Below, piece after piece: positions 19,855 to 29,021 of a DNA stretch of 64,000 nucleotides (the stretch's first letter is position 1; each line of letters opens with the position of its first letter). This DNA comes from Woeseiaceae bacterium (GTDB taxonomy: Bacteria > Pseudomonadota > Gammaproteobacteria > Steroidobacterales > Woeseiaceae). The DNA is taken from contig JBFHXJ010000006.1 of NCBI GenBank assembly GCA_041598995.1, positions 2,033 to 66,032 on the forward strand, given 5' to 3'. The notes under the pieces were generated by a model, which did no database searches, was not told the DNA's origin, and saw nothing but the letters and a program-made list of their open reading frames with translations. Made by a program: the position numbers and the translations under genes.

Positions 19855-21219
19855 GTGACACGATCGGTCGCCAAAACCGAATGGCACCCGGCGAGCTGGC
19901 AGAGCCTCGCCGCGGCGCAGCAGCCTTCCTACCCGGACAAGGTAGCGCTCGAGCGAACCGTCGCCGACCTGAGCCGCTTGCCGCCGATCGTGACCAGCTG
20001 GGAGATCGAGGGGCTCAAGGAACAGATCGCGAAAGCCCAGCTCGGCGAGGCATTCGTGCTGCAGGGCGGTGACTGCGCCGAGAGTTTCGACGAATGCACG
20101 TCGGAAAATATCGTCGCCAAACTCAAAATCCTGCTGCAGATGAGCCTGGTCATCCTGTACGGCCTCAAGAAACCGGTTGTACGCGTAGGCCGCATGGCTG
20201 GGCAGTACGCGAAACCGCGCTCCGCGGACACGGAGACCCGCGACGGAACCTCGCTCCCGAGTTTCCGTGGGGATCTCGTCAATCACAGCCCGTTCACCAT
20301 GGAAGACCGCATTCCCGACCCGCAGCTGATCCTGCGTGGATACGAACGTGCGGCCCTGACTCTGAATTTCGTGCGCTCGTTGATCGATGGCGGATTCGCG
20401 GACCTGCACCATCCGGAATACTGGGATCTCGATTGGGTGGGCCATTCGAAGATGGCCGACAAGTACCAGGACATCGTACGTTCCATCTCGGATTCGCTCG
20501 ACTTCCTGGAGTCGATCACGGGACGCTCGCTGAATCAGACGCAGCGCGCCGACATTTACGCGGCTCACGAGGGACTGCACCTGTCCTACGAGCAGGCGCA
20601 AACGCGTTTCCTCGCGCATCGCGGTCACTGGTATAACCTGACCACCCACTTCCCGTGGATCGGCATGCGCACGGCAAGCGTCGATGGCGCGCACGTCGAA
20701 TACTTCCGTGGCATTGCCAACCCGATCGGCATCAAGATCGGCCCGGGCATGACCGTCGAATGGCTGCAGAACCTGCTGCGGGTGCTGAATCCGAATAACC
20801 AGCCCGGTCGCATTTCCCTCATTCACCGCTTCGGCAGCAAATCGATCGAGGACAAATTGCCCGACCTCATCAATGCCGTCCGCGAAACCGGATCGCCCGT
20901 CCTGTGGATCTGCGACCCGATGCATGGCAACACGGAGAACACGGCCGATGGCACCAAGACCCGGCGCTTCGACAATATCGTCGGTGAGCTGGAGGCGGCC
21001 TTCGATGTGCACGAAAAGATGGGCAGTTATCTCGGCGGAGTGCACCTGGAATTGACCGGAGAGAACGTCACCGAGTGCACGGGCGGTGCCCGAGGTCTCA
21101 CGGATGGCGATCTGGCGCGCGCCTACAAATCCACGGTCGATCCTCGGCTCAACTACGAGCAGGCCATGGAAGTGGCGATGCGCATTGCCGGTCTGCCGCA
21201 ATTCAATGGCTCGTCCTGA
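19855..21219 (+). CDS. class II 3-deoxy-7-phosphoheptulonate (DAHP) synthase
   Basis: The class II pattern 'WSPASW..L.A.QQP.YPD' is seen as 'WHPASWQSLAAAQQPSYPD'. Also present are 'LQGGDCAESF' and 'ICDPMHGNT'. The start is uncertain (GTG 19855 chosen; the track gives 19792). Confidence 0.88.
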   Translation: MTRSVAKTEWHPASWQSLAAAQQPSYPDKVALERTVADLSRLPPIVTSWEIEGLKEQIAKAQLGEAFVLQGGDCAESFDECTSENIVAKLKILLQMSLVILYGLKKPVVRVGRMAGQYAKPRSADTETRDGTSLPSFRGDLVNHSPFTMEDRIPDPQLILRGYERAALTLNFVRSLIDGGFADLHHPEYWDLDWVGHSKMADKYQDIVRSISDSLDFLESITGRSLNQTQRADIYAAHEGLHLSYEQAQTRFLAHRGHWYNLTTHFPWIGMRTASVDGAHVEYFRGIANPIGIKIGPGMTVEWLQNLLRVLNPNNQPGRISLIHRFGSKSIEDKLPDLINAVRETGSPVLWICDPMHGNTENTADGTKTRRFDNIVGELEAAFDVHEKMGSYLGGVHLELTGENVTECTGGARGLTDGDLARAYKSTVDPRLNYEQAMEVAMRIAGLPQFNGSS

Positions 21220-21284
21220 GCCGGGCCGTCGATGAAAAGAAATTACATTTAATAAATTCCATTACTAATTGTTTTAAAACGTAA

Positions 21285-22874
21285 ATGAACGACAACATCC
21301 ACGGCCTGGAGGTGGTCGGGCCGGTCGACGAGGCCTATGCTGCGATCCTCAACGACGAGGCCCTCGGTTTCGTGTCCGAACTGTGCCGCGAGTTCGCGCC
21401 GCGGGTCGACGAGCTGCTGCGCCGCCGGGAACAGCGCCAGCGGGCGATCGACGCTGGCAACATGCCGGACTTCCTGCCCGAGACGCGGGACATCCGCGAA
21501 TCCGCATGGCAGGTGACGACCGTGCCGTCGGATCTCGAGGATCGCCGGGTCGAGATCACCGGGCCGACCGATCGCAAAATGATCATCAACGCGCTGAATT
21601 CCGGCGCCCGCGTCTTCATGGCAGATTGCGAGGATTCCCTGACCCCGACGTGGGATAACGTGATCCGTGGTCAGATCAATCTTCGTGACGCCGTGAACCG
21701 GACCGTCGAGTTCGACGCCGCCGGCAAGCATTACTCGCTGGGCGATAAGATTGCGACGCTGATCGTGCGGCCGCGCGGCTGGCACTTGCCGGAGAAACAC
21801 ATCCTGATGCACGGGCGGCCGGTCCCGGGTGCGCTCGTCGATTTCGGGCTCTATCTTTTTCACAACGCCACGGAACTGAAAAAACGCGGCACGGGCCCTT
21901 ATTTCTATCTGCCGAAACTGGAATCGCACCTCGAGGCACGTCTGTGGAGCGACGTTTTCAAATTTGCCGAATCGAAAAGCGTCGTCGGCACGGGTGAAAT
22001 CAAGGCGACAGTGCTGATCGAAACGATTCTCGCCGCCTTCGAAATGGACGAGATCCTGTACGAGTTGCGCGACCACATCGTCGGGCAGAATTGCGGGCGC
22101 TGGGATTACATCTTCAGTTTCATCAAGAAATTCAACCGTTATGCCGAGTTCGTGCTGCCGGACCGCGCCGAGGTCACCATGGATACGCATTTTCTGCGCA
22201 GCTATTCGCGCTTGCTGATCCAGACCTGCCACCGGCGCGGCGCGTATGCGATCGGCGGGATGGCCGCGCAGATCCCGATCAGGAACGACGCCGAAGCGAA
22301 CGATCAGGCCCTGAAGAAAGTCCGTGCCGACAAGGAACGGGAGGTGCGCGACGGGCACGACGGGACCTGGGTCGCGCATCCCGGCCTGGTGCCACTGGCG
22401 ACCGAGATATTCGACGAACACATGCCCGGGCCGAATCAGCTCGAAAGACGCCTCGACGACGTGCACATTTCAGCCGCGGACCTGCTGCAGGTCGTCAAGG
22501 GCAAGATCACTGAGGCGGGACTGAGAAACAACATCAATGTCGCCGTGCAGTATATGGCCGCATGGCTGGGTGGAAATGGCTGCGTGCCGTTGAACAACCT
22601 GATGGAAGACGCGGCGACAGCCGAAATATCCCGCGCCCAGCTCTGGCAATGGGTGCACCAAGAAACCGGTGTGCTCGATGAGGGCCGAAATATCACCTAT
22701 GGCCTCTTCAAGACCCTGATGCGTGAGGAAATGGGCAAGATTCGCGAGGCGATCGGAGAAAGTGCATTCGACAACGGCCATTACCGGCGCGCCGCGGCGT
22801 TACTCGACGACATCACACGGGATCATAACTTCGCCCCGTTTCTCACCACGATTGCTTACGACGAAATCGACTAG
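21285..22874 (+). CDS. aceB: malate synthase A
   Basis: 529 aa. Motifs include 'VEITGPTDRKMIINALNSGA', 'FMADCEDS', 'RPRGWHL', 'YFYLPKLE' and 'NCGRWDYIFS'. Confidence 0.95.
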   Translation: MNDNIHGLEVVGPVDEAYAAILNDEALGFVSELCREFAPRVDELLRRREQRQRAIDAGNMPDFLPETRDIRESAWQVTTVPSDLEDRRVEITGPTDRKMIINALNSGARVFMADCEDSLTPTWDNVIRGQINLRDAVNRTVEFDAAGKHYSLGDKIATLIVRPRGWHLPEKHILMHGRPVPGALVDFGLYLFHNATELKKRGTGPYFYLPKLESHLEARLWSDVFKFAESKSVVGTGEIKATVLIETILAAFEMDEILYELRDHIVGQNCGRWDYIFSFIKKFNRYAEFVLPDRAEVTMDTHFLRSYSRLLIQTCHRRGAYAIGGMAAQIPIRNDAEANDQALKKVRADKEREVRDGHDGTWVAHPGLVPLATEIFDEHMPGPNQLERRLDDVHISAADLLQVVKGKITEAGLRNNINVAVQYMAAWLGGNGCVPLNNLMEDAATAEISRAQLWQWVHQETGVLDEGRNITYGLFKTLMREEMGKIREAIGESAFDNGHYRRAAALLDDITRDHNFAPFLTTIAYDEID

Positions 22875-22877
22875 CAC

Positions 22878-24218
22878 ATGCAATACGAGCATATCAGCGT
22901 GCCCAAAGGCGGCACTGCAATTACGATCAACCGCGATCATACGATCAACGTACCGACGCACCCGGTCATTCCCTATATCGAGGGCGACGGCATCGGCATC
23001 GACGTCACGCCGGTGATGCTCGACGTCGTGAACGCAGCCGTCGAGCGCGCATATGGGTCGGAACGCGCCGTCCGATGGATGGAAGTCTATGCGGGGCAGA
23101 AAGCCGCGGACCTCTACGGCGGGGACAACTACTTACCGGAAGAGACCTTGCACGCCCTCGGGCACTTCGTCGTCTCGATCAAGGGACCGCTGATGACGCC
23201 GACCGGCGGCGGTATTCGTTCGCTCAACGTCGCGATTCGCCAGACGCTGGACTTATACGCCTGCGTGCGGCCGATTCGTTACTTCCCCGGCGTGATTACA
23301 CCGATGAAGGAATCGGAACTCGTCAACATGGTGGTTTTTAGAGAAAACACCGAAGACATCTATGCCGGCATCGAATATCCGGCCGGTTCTCGGGAAGTGC
23401 ACAAGCTTATCAACTTCCTGCAGAAAGAACTGAAGGTCAACAAGATCCGCTTTCCGGCGAGCTCAGGTATAGGCATCAAGCCGGTATCGCGCGAAGGCTC
23501 GCAACGCCTCGTACGCAAGGCGATCCAACACTGCATCGAACGCGACTTCAGCTCGGTGACGCTCGTGCACAAAGGCAATATCATGAAATTCACCGAAGGC
23601 GCGTTCTGCCAGTGGGGTTACGCGCTGGCCCGAGAGGAGTTCGGTGCAACCGAGATCGACGGCGGCCCGTGGCTTAAGTTCGAAAACCCGCTGACCGGCA
23701 ACGAAATCGTCGTCAAAGACGTGATCGCAGACAATTTTCTGCAGCAGATCCTGATGCGGCCGGAGGAATACGACGTCATTGCCACGCTCAATCTCAATGG
23801 CGATTACATTTCCGACGCGCTCGCCGCGCAGGTCGGTGGCATCGGCATCGCGCCGGGCGGAAATATCGGAGAAGGCGTCGCCGTGTTCGAGGCAACCCAT
23901 GGCACGGCGCCGGGATTTGCCGGCAAGGACCGGGTCAACCCGGGCTCGCTGATCCTGTCCGCCGAGATGCTGTTGCGCTACGTCGGCTGGACCGAGGCTG
24001 CCGATCATATTCTGCACGGCGTCGCCAGGACGATCGCCAACAAGGAACTGACCTTCGACCTCGCAAGACTCAGGGAGGCGATACACCAGCCGATCAGAAA
24101 GGCGCGGCCGCACGGACGGAAAGACGTAGAGGACGAGCTCGAGCAACTGATCCCCGGTGCAACGCTCGTCGGGACCAGGGGATTCGGCGATGCCGTCATC
24201 CGCCATATGGCCGACTGA
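22878..24218 (+). CDS. icd: NADP-dependent isocitrate dehydrogenase
   Basis: Near-collinear with E. coli Icd ('[15 protein letters not shown]', '[13 protein letters not shown]', '[23 protein letters not shown]'). A roughly 27-aa insertion sits near the C-terminus. It starts 3 nt after the aceB stop. Confidence 0.95.
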   Translation: MQYEHISVPKGGTAITINRDHTINVPTHPVIPYIEGDGIGIDVTPVMLDVVNAAVERAYGSERAVRWMEVYAGQKAADLYGGDNYLPEETLHALGHFVVSIKGPLMTPTGGGIRSLNVAIRQTLDLYACVRPIRYFPGVITPMKESELVNMVVFRENTEDIYAGIEYPAGSREVHKLINFLQKELKVNKIRFPASSGIGIKPVSREGSQRLVRKAIQHCIERDFSSVTLVHKGNIMKFTEGAFCQWGYALAREEFGATEIDGGPWLKFENPLTGNEIVVKDVIADNFLQQILMRPEEYDVIATLNLNGDYISDALAAQVGGIGIAPGGNIGEGVAVFEATHGTAPGFAGKDRVNPGSLILSAEMLLRYVGWTEAADHILHGVARTIANKELTFDLARLREAIHQPIRKARPHGRKDVEDELEQLIPGATLVGTRGFGDAVIRHMAD

Positions 24219-24864
24219 TTTATTCGACGGCAACTGCCGCCGCTGCAGTCGTCTAGCGGACTTTCGCGAGCAGGTGGCGCGTGACAATCCCGGCTATTAC
24301 TGCCGCCCGGTCCCGCCTTTCGGCGACCGGCGCGCGCGACTGCTGATCGTCGGTCTCGCGCCCGGCATGCATGGCGCGAACCGAACCGGACGCCCGTTCA
24401 CCGGCGATTACGCCGGCGTGCTGCTTTACGAGACCCTGCACCGTTACGGTTTTTCGACCCGGCCGGAATCGCTCGCCGCCGACGACGGGCTCGATCTCAC
24501 GGGCTGCAGGATCACCAACGCCGTGAAATGCCTGCCACCCGGCAACAAGCCGATCGGGCCGGAGATCAACGACTGCAATCGCTTTCTCGCAGCGGAGCTC
24601 GCGACCTTGCCCGACGGGGCGGTGGTGGTCGCACTGGGCGGCATCGCGCATCGCGCCGTCATCAAGGCACTCGGTCGCCGGCAGGCGGATTTCAGATTCG
24701 TCCATGCAGCGGAACACGATGTGACCGAACGGGTGTTGCTGCTCGATAGCTACCACTGCAGCCGCTACAACACGAATACCGGCCGCTTGACCCCCGACAT
24801 GTTCTACGCCGTATTCGCGCGCGCCAAAGCGCTGGTGCTCGAGCGGCAACCTGACGTGCCTTGA
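24190..24864 (+). CDS. uracil-DNA glycosylase superfamily protein (family 4/5 type)
   Basis: '[23 protein letters not shown]' motif A, a Cys cluster 'CRRCSRL' and 'HCSRYN'. The ATG at 24190 (or 24157) overlaps the 3' end of icd. Confidence 0.8.
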   Translation: MPSSAIWPTDLFDGNCRRCSRLADFREQVARDNPGYYCRPVPPFGDRRARLLIVGLAPGMHGANRTGRPFTGDYAGVLLYETLHRYGFSTRPESLAADDGLDLTGCRITNAVKCLPPGNKPIGPEINDCNRFLAAELATLPDGAVVVALGGIAHRAVIKALGRRQADFRFVHAAEHDVTERVLLLDSYHCSRYNTNTGRLTPDMFYAVFARAKALVLERQPDVP

Positions 24865-24874
24865 TGCAAACTAC

Positions 24875-26716
24875 GTGCTGATGAGCGCCAATCAAGAATT
24901 TGATCCGAAATCATTCCTGCGCAGCCTGACCCACCGGCCGGGCGTGTACCAGATGGTCGATCGAAAGCACAAGGTGATTTACGTCGGCAAAGCACTCGAC
25001 CTCAAGAAACGCGTCTCCAGCTACTTCCGGCGTACGCATGTGGATGTGAAGACCGCATCCATGATGGACCTGGCGGCACGCGTCGAAGTCACCGTGACCA
25101 ATACCGAGGCCGAAGCGCTGATCCTCGAATACAACCTGATCAAGCGCCACAAGCCCCGGTTTAACGTAATCCTGCGCGATGACAAAAGTTATCCTTATAT
25201 ATATGTATCGACTAACCACCCGTTCCCACGATTGCGATTCCACCGCGGGGCGAGACAGGGCAAGGGACGCTATTTCGGGCCGTATCCGAGCGCCAAAGCA
25301 GTCCACAAGACCCTGACGGAATTACAGAAGCTGTTCCTGATACGGCAGTGCACCGATAACGAGTTCGAGAACCGCACGCGCCCGTGCCTGCAATACCAGA
25401 TCAGGCGGTGCACCGCGCCGTGCGTCGCTTATATCGACCAGGAAACTTACGCAGAGGACATCGATGCCGCAATCCTGTTCCTCGAGGGTAAAAATCGCGG
25501 CGTGATCGACGCCCTGGTCGAGCGCATGGAACGGGCATCCCGAAATCAGGACTATGAACAGGCCGCCCGTTACCGCGACCAGATCACCCGGCTCAAGAAA
25601 GTCGAAGCGGAGCAGTTCATTTCGCGAGCCGCCGCGAACGATCTCGATGTCATCGCCGTTGCCTCGAAAAACGCCGTGCATTGCGTCACGATCATCTTCA
25701 TTCGAAACGGCAAGATACTCGGCAGCCGCAATCATTTTCCGCGACTGAAGATGGAGGCCACTAATCGGGAAATCCTGAGCGGGTTTCTGCCGCAGTATTA
25801 CCTCGGCAAGGATGCGCCGTCCGAGATCATCGTCGAGTGCGCCGTGGACGATCACGCTTTGCTCGAACAGACACTCACGGAGCGCAGCGGGCACAAGGTC
25901 GCCATCAGGCATAAGGTGCGGGGCGACCGCCTGCGCTGGCAGAAGCTCGCGCAGACCAATGCCGAGCAGGGGCTGAACCTGCAGATATCGAGCAACGCCA
26001 CCTTGCGTCGGCAGTTCGACGCCCTGGCCGACGTTCTGCAACTCGAAGCACCGCCGGAGCGACTGGAATGCTTTGACGTGAGCCATAGTTCGGGCGAAGC
26101 GACGGTCGCGTCTTGTGTCGTGTTCAACCAGGCAGGTCCCTTAAAGAGCGACTACCGGCGATTCAACCTCAAACCGGAAGCGGCAGGCGACGATTACGCG
26201 GCCATGGCGGAAGCATTACGGCGTCGTTACACAAGGATCAAAAAAGGAGAGGTACCGCTTCCCGATGTCCTGTTCGTCGACGGCGGCAAGGGACAACTTG
26301 CAGAAGCGCTGACCGTGCTCGACGAACTCGAGCTCGGCTGGCTGCAAGTCGTGGCAGTCGCGAAGGGCAGGGCACGGCGGCCAGGTACCGAACAACTGTT
26401 CTTGGCAGGCCAAACCACGCCCACTATACTGCGCGGGGATTCACCGGCATTGCATTTGATTCAGCAGTTGCGGGACGAAGCGCATCGCTTTGCCGTCACG
26501 GGACACCGGCAGAGACGGGCAAAAGCCAGAAAGACTTCCCGCCTCGAAGAAATACCGGGTTTGGGACCGAAGCGGCGCCGGGAACTGTTGAAACAATTCG
26601 GGGGTCTGCAGGGCGTGCGCGGTGCCGGCATCGACGACCTTGTCAAGGTACGCGGCATAAGCCGCGCACTTGCAGAAAAGATATATGGGGATCTGCATCT
26701 CGATGGCGATTCCTGA
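24875..26716 (+). CDS. uvrC: excinuclease ABC subunit C
   Basis: The GIY-YIG motifs 'PGVYQMVD...VIYVGKA' are present, with a UvrBC-interaction region and a C-terminal (HhH)2 'IPGLGPKRRRELLKQFG'. The start may be GTG 24875 or ATG 24881. Confidence 0.95.
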   Translation: MLMSANQEFDPKSFLRSLTHRPGVYQMVDRKHKVIYVGKALDLKKRVSSYFRRTHVDVKTASMMDLAARVEVTVTNTEAEALILEYNLIKRHKPRFNVILRDDKSYPYIYVSTNHPFPRLRFHRGARQGKGRYFGPYPSAKAVHKTLTELQKLFLIRQCTDNEFENRTRPCLQYQIRRCTAPCVAYIDQETYAEDIDAAILFLEGKNRGVIDALVERMERASRNQDYEQAARYRDQITRLKKVEAEQFISRAAANDLDVIAVASKNAVHCVTIIFIRNGKILGSRNHFPRLKMEATNREILSGFLPQYYLGKDAPSEIIVECAVDDHALLEQTLTERSGHKVAIRHKVRGDRLRWQKLAQTNAEQGLNLQISSNATLRRQFDALADVLQLEAPPERLECFDVSHSSGEATVASCVVFNQAGPLKSDYRRFNLKPEAAGDDYAAMAEALRRRYTRIKKGEVPLPDVLFVDGGKGQLAEALTVLDELELGWLQVVAVAKGRARRPGTEQLFLAGQTTPTILRGDSPALHLIQQLRDEAHRFAVTGHRQRRAKARKTSRLEEIPGLGPKRRRELLKQFGGLQGVRGAGIDDLVKVRGISRALAEKIYGDLHLDGDS

Positions 26717-26738
26717 GAGCAGGCGTTCTGGCTGACAC

Positions 26739-27311
26739 TTGAAAACCAATATTCCCAACATCCTTACCTGGATTCGCATCGCAGCGATCCCGGTCGTCGT
26801 CTGGTGTTTCCTGAGCGAGCTGGAATTCTCGCGTCCTATGGCGGGCATCGTCTTCGGCCTGGCCGCGATTACCGACCTGCTTGACGGCTACATCGCGAGA
26901 AAACTCAACCAGATCTCCCGCTTCGGCGAGTTTCTCGACCCGGTTGCCGACAAGCTCATGGTGGCGACCACGCTGGTGTTACTCGTGCAAAGCGACCCGC
27001 GCATCGTCATGGCCATCATCGCGATGATCATCATCGGCCGGGAGATCACGGTGTCGGCGCTGCGCGAGTGGATGGCGGGCCTTGGCGAAAGAAAGAAGGT
27101 CAGGGTTTCCGTGGCCGGCAAGGTCAAGACGGCACTGCAGATGTTCGGCATCGCCTTCATGGTGTACGAGCACGACATGTTCGGCATCGAGCTATACGAC
27201 GTCGGCTTCATTCTGCTCCTCGCAGCGGCGGGCATGACGATGTGGTCCATGGTCGTCTACCTGCGCGCAGCCTGGCCGTCGATGCAGGAGAACACGTTGA
27301 AAATCGAGTAG
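26739..27311 (+). CDS. pgsA: CDP-diacylglycerol--glycerol-3-phosphate 3-phosphatidyltransferase
   Basis: 'NIPNILTWIRI' and the CDP-alcohol transferase motif 'DLLDGYIARKLNQISRFGEFLDPVADK'. TTG start. The uvrC-pgsA-tRNA order matches E. coli. Confidence 0.93.
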   Translation: MKTNIPNILTWIRIAAIPVVVWCFLSELEFSRPMAGIVFGLAAITDLLDGYIARKLNQISRFGEFLDPVADKLMVATTLVLLVQSDPRIVMAIIAMIIIGREITVSALREWMAGLGERKKVRVSVAGKVKTALQMFGIAFMVYEHDMFGIELYDVGFILLLAAAGMTMWSMVVYLRAAWPSMQENTLKIE

Positions 27312-27325
27312 AATCGCGCAGGTCC

Positions 27326-27353
27326 TTGACAGGGGAGGCCGAGCACTTAGAAT
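27326..27353 (+). promoter_or_regulatory. sigma70-type promoter for tRNA-Gly
   Basis: TTGACA (27326-27331), a 16-nt spacer, then TAGAAT (27348-27353). A GC-rich discriminator 'CTCGCCCCTCCGCC' follows, about 25 nt upstream of the tRNA 5' end. Confidence 0.6.
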
Positions 27354-27378
27354 CTCGCCCCTCCGCCGCCAAGGCGAT

Positions 27379-27453
27379 GCGGGTGTAGCTCAGTGGTAGA
27401 GCATCACGTTGCCAACGTGAGGGTCGTGGGTTCAAGCCCCATCACCCGCTCCA
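27379..27453 (+). tRNA. tRNA-Gly (anticodon GCC)
   Basis: The 75-nt sequence GCGGGTGTAGCTCAGTGGTAGAGCATCACGTTGCCAACGTGAGGGTCGTGGGTTCAAGCCCCATCACCCGCTCCA folds as a cloverleaf. The 7-bp acceptor is GCGGGTG/CACCCGC, the anticodon loop is TTGCCAA, the T-loop is TTCAAGC, and CCA is encoded. Confidence 0.95.
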
Positions 27454-27458
27454 AATCC

Positions 27459-27490
27459 GAAACGGACCCTTGCGGGTCCGTTTCTTTTTT
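27459..27490. terminator. rho-independent (potentially bidirectional) terminator
   Basis: The perfect 10-bp stem AAACGGACCC / GGGTCCGTTT has loop TTGC and is followed by CTTTTTT. It lies between the tRNA-Gly 3' end and the stop of the convergent BNR gene. Confidence 0.8.
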
Positions 27491-28746
27491 CAGTCACCGT
27501 TCTTGTGCACGCCCAGATATTGCAATGGCACGAGCGCCGTCTTCACCGCACTTTCGTCGCCGGAGGTGTCGGTCCACGCAAGCAGCAGCTCGTCACCGGT
27601 GAGCAGCAGCTGCGGCACGCTGAACGGCGCGATGCCGGTTGCCTCGGCGATGACCTTGTCGGGACCTGCCTCGCCCGATTGAGAAACGTGACGCAAATGC
27701 AGTTCCGCTTTGCCGCCCTTCGCCCCGCCCAGCCAGCTGACGACCATGTCGCCCGACGGCAGCATGGACGCGCCGACGTGGCCCAGTAAACCGCCGTCGG
27801 CGACCCGTACCGGCGCTGACATCGTATTTCCGGAATCGTTCGACCAGGCGAGCTGCACCTTGGGCGCATTGTTACCGGCCGAGAACCAGGCGACAGCGAG
27901 CTGCGAACCATTGGACTGAATGACCGGCCCATTGACCGGGCATCCCGGGATGTTCCAGCCGTCGTTAGCGACCGGCTTGCCGGCCTGCCATTCGCCATCG
28001 ACGTAACGCACGAGGTAGATGTCCCTGATTTCCCCGGGCGTTCGATCCCTGTAGACGGCGACCGGGCCCTGTGACGTCAGGGCGACGTCCGTCTGGCAAC
28101 AATCGCAGATGAGATCGTCGACGAGCACTTCCTCACGCGGCGTCCGATCAGGAGAAAAATTCGCTGCGCGCAATGTCATGCCGCTCGCCGCGACATCGTT
28201 CGCGTCGTATTCGTTGACGAACTTGCGGCCGTCGAGCCACACCATACCGATGCCGTCGCCGCTCGGGAACATGGTCACGAATCCGTGCTCGGTATCGGTG
28301 TCATCGGTGTGCGGATTAAACGGCTCTGACCACGTTTGCCCCGCATCATCGGAAAACGCAGCGTAAATATCGTAGGCATAGCCGCCCGCCGCGCGACGCA
28401 CGAGCCAGTGAGCGGCCCAGAGCGTTTCCGAGATCGGCACCACCGACGGAAAATCCGCCCAGTTGACGAACCAGTTATCGCCGTTCGTGACCGCCCGCGA
28501 CTGACCCCATCCCGTGCCGTCGAAGACCGAGTACTTCAGGTAGTCGAAGATGTCCCCGCGCTCGATCCAGCTCAGGATCACGGTCCCGTCCGGGCCGGTT
28601 GCGAGGTTCGGCGCCAAACTCGCAGCACTCGTCGGCGTTTCGAGCACGCGAACCGCGTAAGGATCCGCGTCGGAGCCGGGACCGCTCCCACAGCCGATGG
28701 CAACGAATAGCAAGGCGATAGGGAGCGGGGCTTGTCGTAGTATCAT
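27490..28746 (-). CDS. BNR-repeat (sialidase/exo-alpha-sialidase-like) lipoprotein
   Basis: BNR Asp-boxes 'SDDAGQTW' and 'SNDSGNTM' are present. The lipobox 'LLFVAIGCGSG' follows the ATG at 28746. The track ORF begins at GTG 28776, inside the tRNA-Cys promoter. Confidence 0.75.
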   Translation of the reverse strand: MILRQAPLPIALLFVAIGCGSGPGSDADPYAVRVLETPTSAASLAPNLATGPDGTVILSWIERGDIFDYLKYSVFDGTGWGQSRAVTNGDNWFVNWADFPSVVPISETLWAAHWLVRRAAGGYAYDIYAAFSDDAGQTWSEPFNPHTDDTDTEHGFVTMFPSGDGIGMVWLDGRKFVNEYDANDVAASGMTLRAANFSPDRTPREEVLVDDLICDCCQTDVALTSQGPVAVYRDRTPGEIRDIYLVRYVDGEWQAGKPVANDGWNIPGCPVNGPVIQSNGSQLAVAWFSAGNNAPKVQLAWSNDSGNTMSAPVRVADGGLLGHVGASMLPSGDMVVSWLGGAKGGKAELHLRHVSQSGEAGPDKVIAEATGIAPFSVPQLLLTGDELLLAWTDTSGDESAVKTALVPLQYLGVHKNGD

Positions 28747-28767
28747 CGTCACATTATACGGGGCAAA

Positions 28768-28795
28768 TTGATTCACCCGTCTAGGGCGCTATACT
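28768..28795 (+). promoter_or_regulatory. sigma70-type promoter for tRNA-Cys/tRNA-Leu
   Basis: TTGATT (28768-28773), a 16-nt spacer, then TATACT (28790-28795). A GC-rich discriminator GCGCC follows, 12 nt upstream of tRNA-Cys. Confidence 0.55.
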
Positions 28796-28807
28796 GCGCC
28801 AACCTGT

Positions 28808-28881
28808 GGCTAGGTGGCAGAGTGGTTATGCAGCGGCCTGCAAAGCCGTGGACGCCGGTTCGATTCCGACCCTAGCCTCCA
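28808..28881 (+). tRNA. tRNA-Cys (anticodon GCA)
   Basis: 74 nt and collinear with E. coli cysT. The acceptor is GGCTAGG/CCTAGCC, the anticodon loop is CTGCAAA, the T-loop is TTCGATT, and CCA is encoded. There is one C.A mismatch in the T-stem. Confidence 0.88.
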
Positions 28882-28903
28882 TTTTCCCTCCCAGCGAGAC
28901 GCA

Positions 28904-28990
28904 GCCCGGGTGGCGGAACTGGTAGACGCTACGGACTTAAAATCCGTTGACCGCAAGGTCGTGCGAGTTCGAGTCTCGCCCCGGGCACCA
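28904..28990 (+). tRNA. tRNA-Leu (anticodon TAA)
   Basis: 87-nt class II tRNA. The acceptor is GCCCGGG/CCCGGGC, the anticodon loop is CTTAAAA, and there is a long variable arm. The T-arm is GCGAG-TTCGAGT-CTCGC and CCA is encoded. It is analogous to E. coli leuZ. Confidence 0.93.
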
Positions 28991-29021
28991 TCCTCAGGAT
29001 TCTGACATCGAGGCCGTGCCG

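Noticed and set aside
19704-19874. 57-codon N-terminal extension of the saccharopine/lysine dehydrogenase ORF
   Set aside because: The Rossmann GxGxxG normally lies at the extreme N-terminus. The ATG at 19703 has a strong GAGGTGA RBS. The extension would also collide with the divergent DAHP synthase start.
19810-21201. 463-aa minus-strand ORF
   Set aside because: It is a full-length antisense shadow of the DAHP synthase gene. The plus frame carries unmistakable class II DAHP synthase motifs.
21249-22466. 405-aa minus-strand ORF
   Set aside because: It is an antisense shadow of aceB (malate synthase A) with no recognisable motifs.
28947-29021. N-terminal extension of the 241-aa ORF starting inside tRNA-Leu
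   Set aside because: The first 25 codons are the tRNA-Leu T-arm/acceptor sequence. The internal ATG at 29022 precedes a signal-anchor segment.
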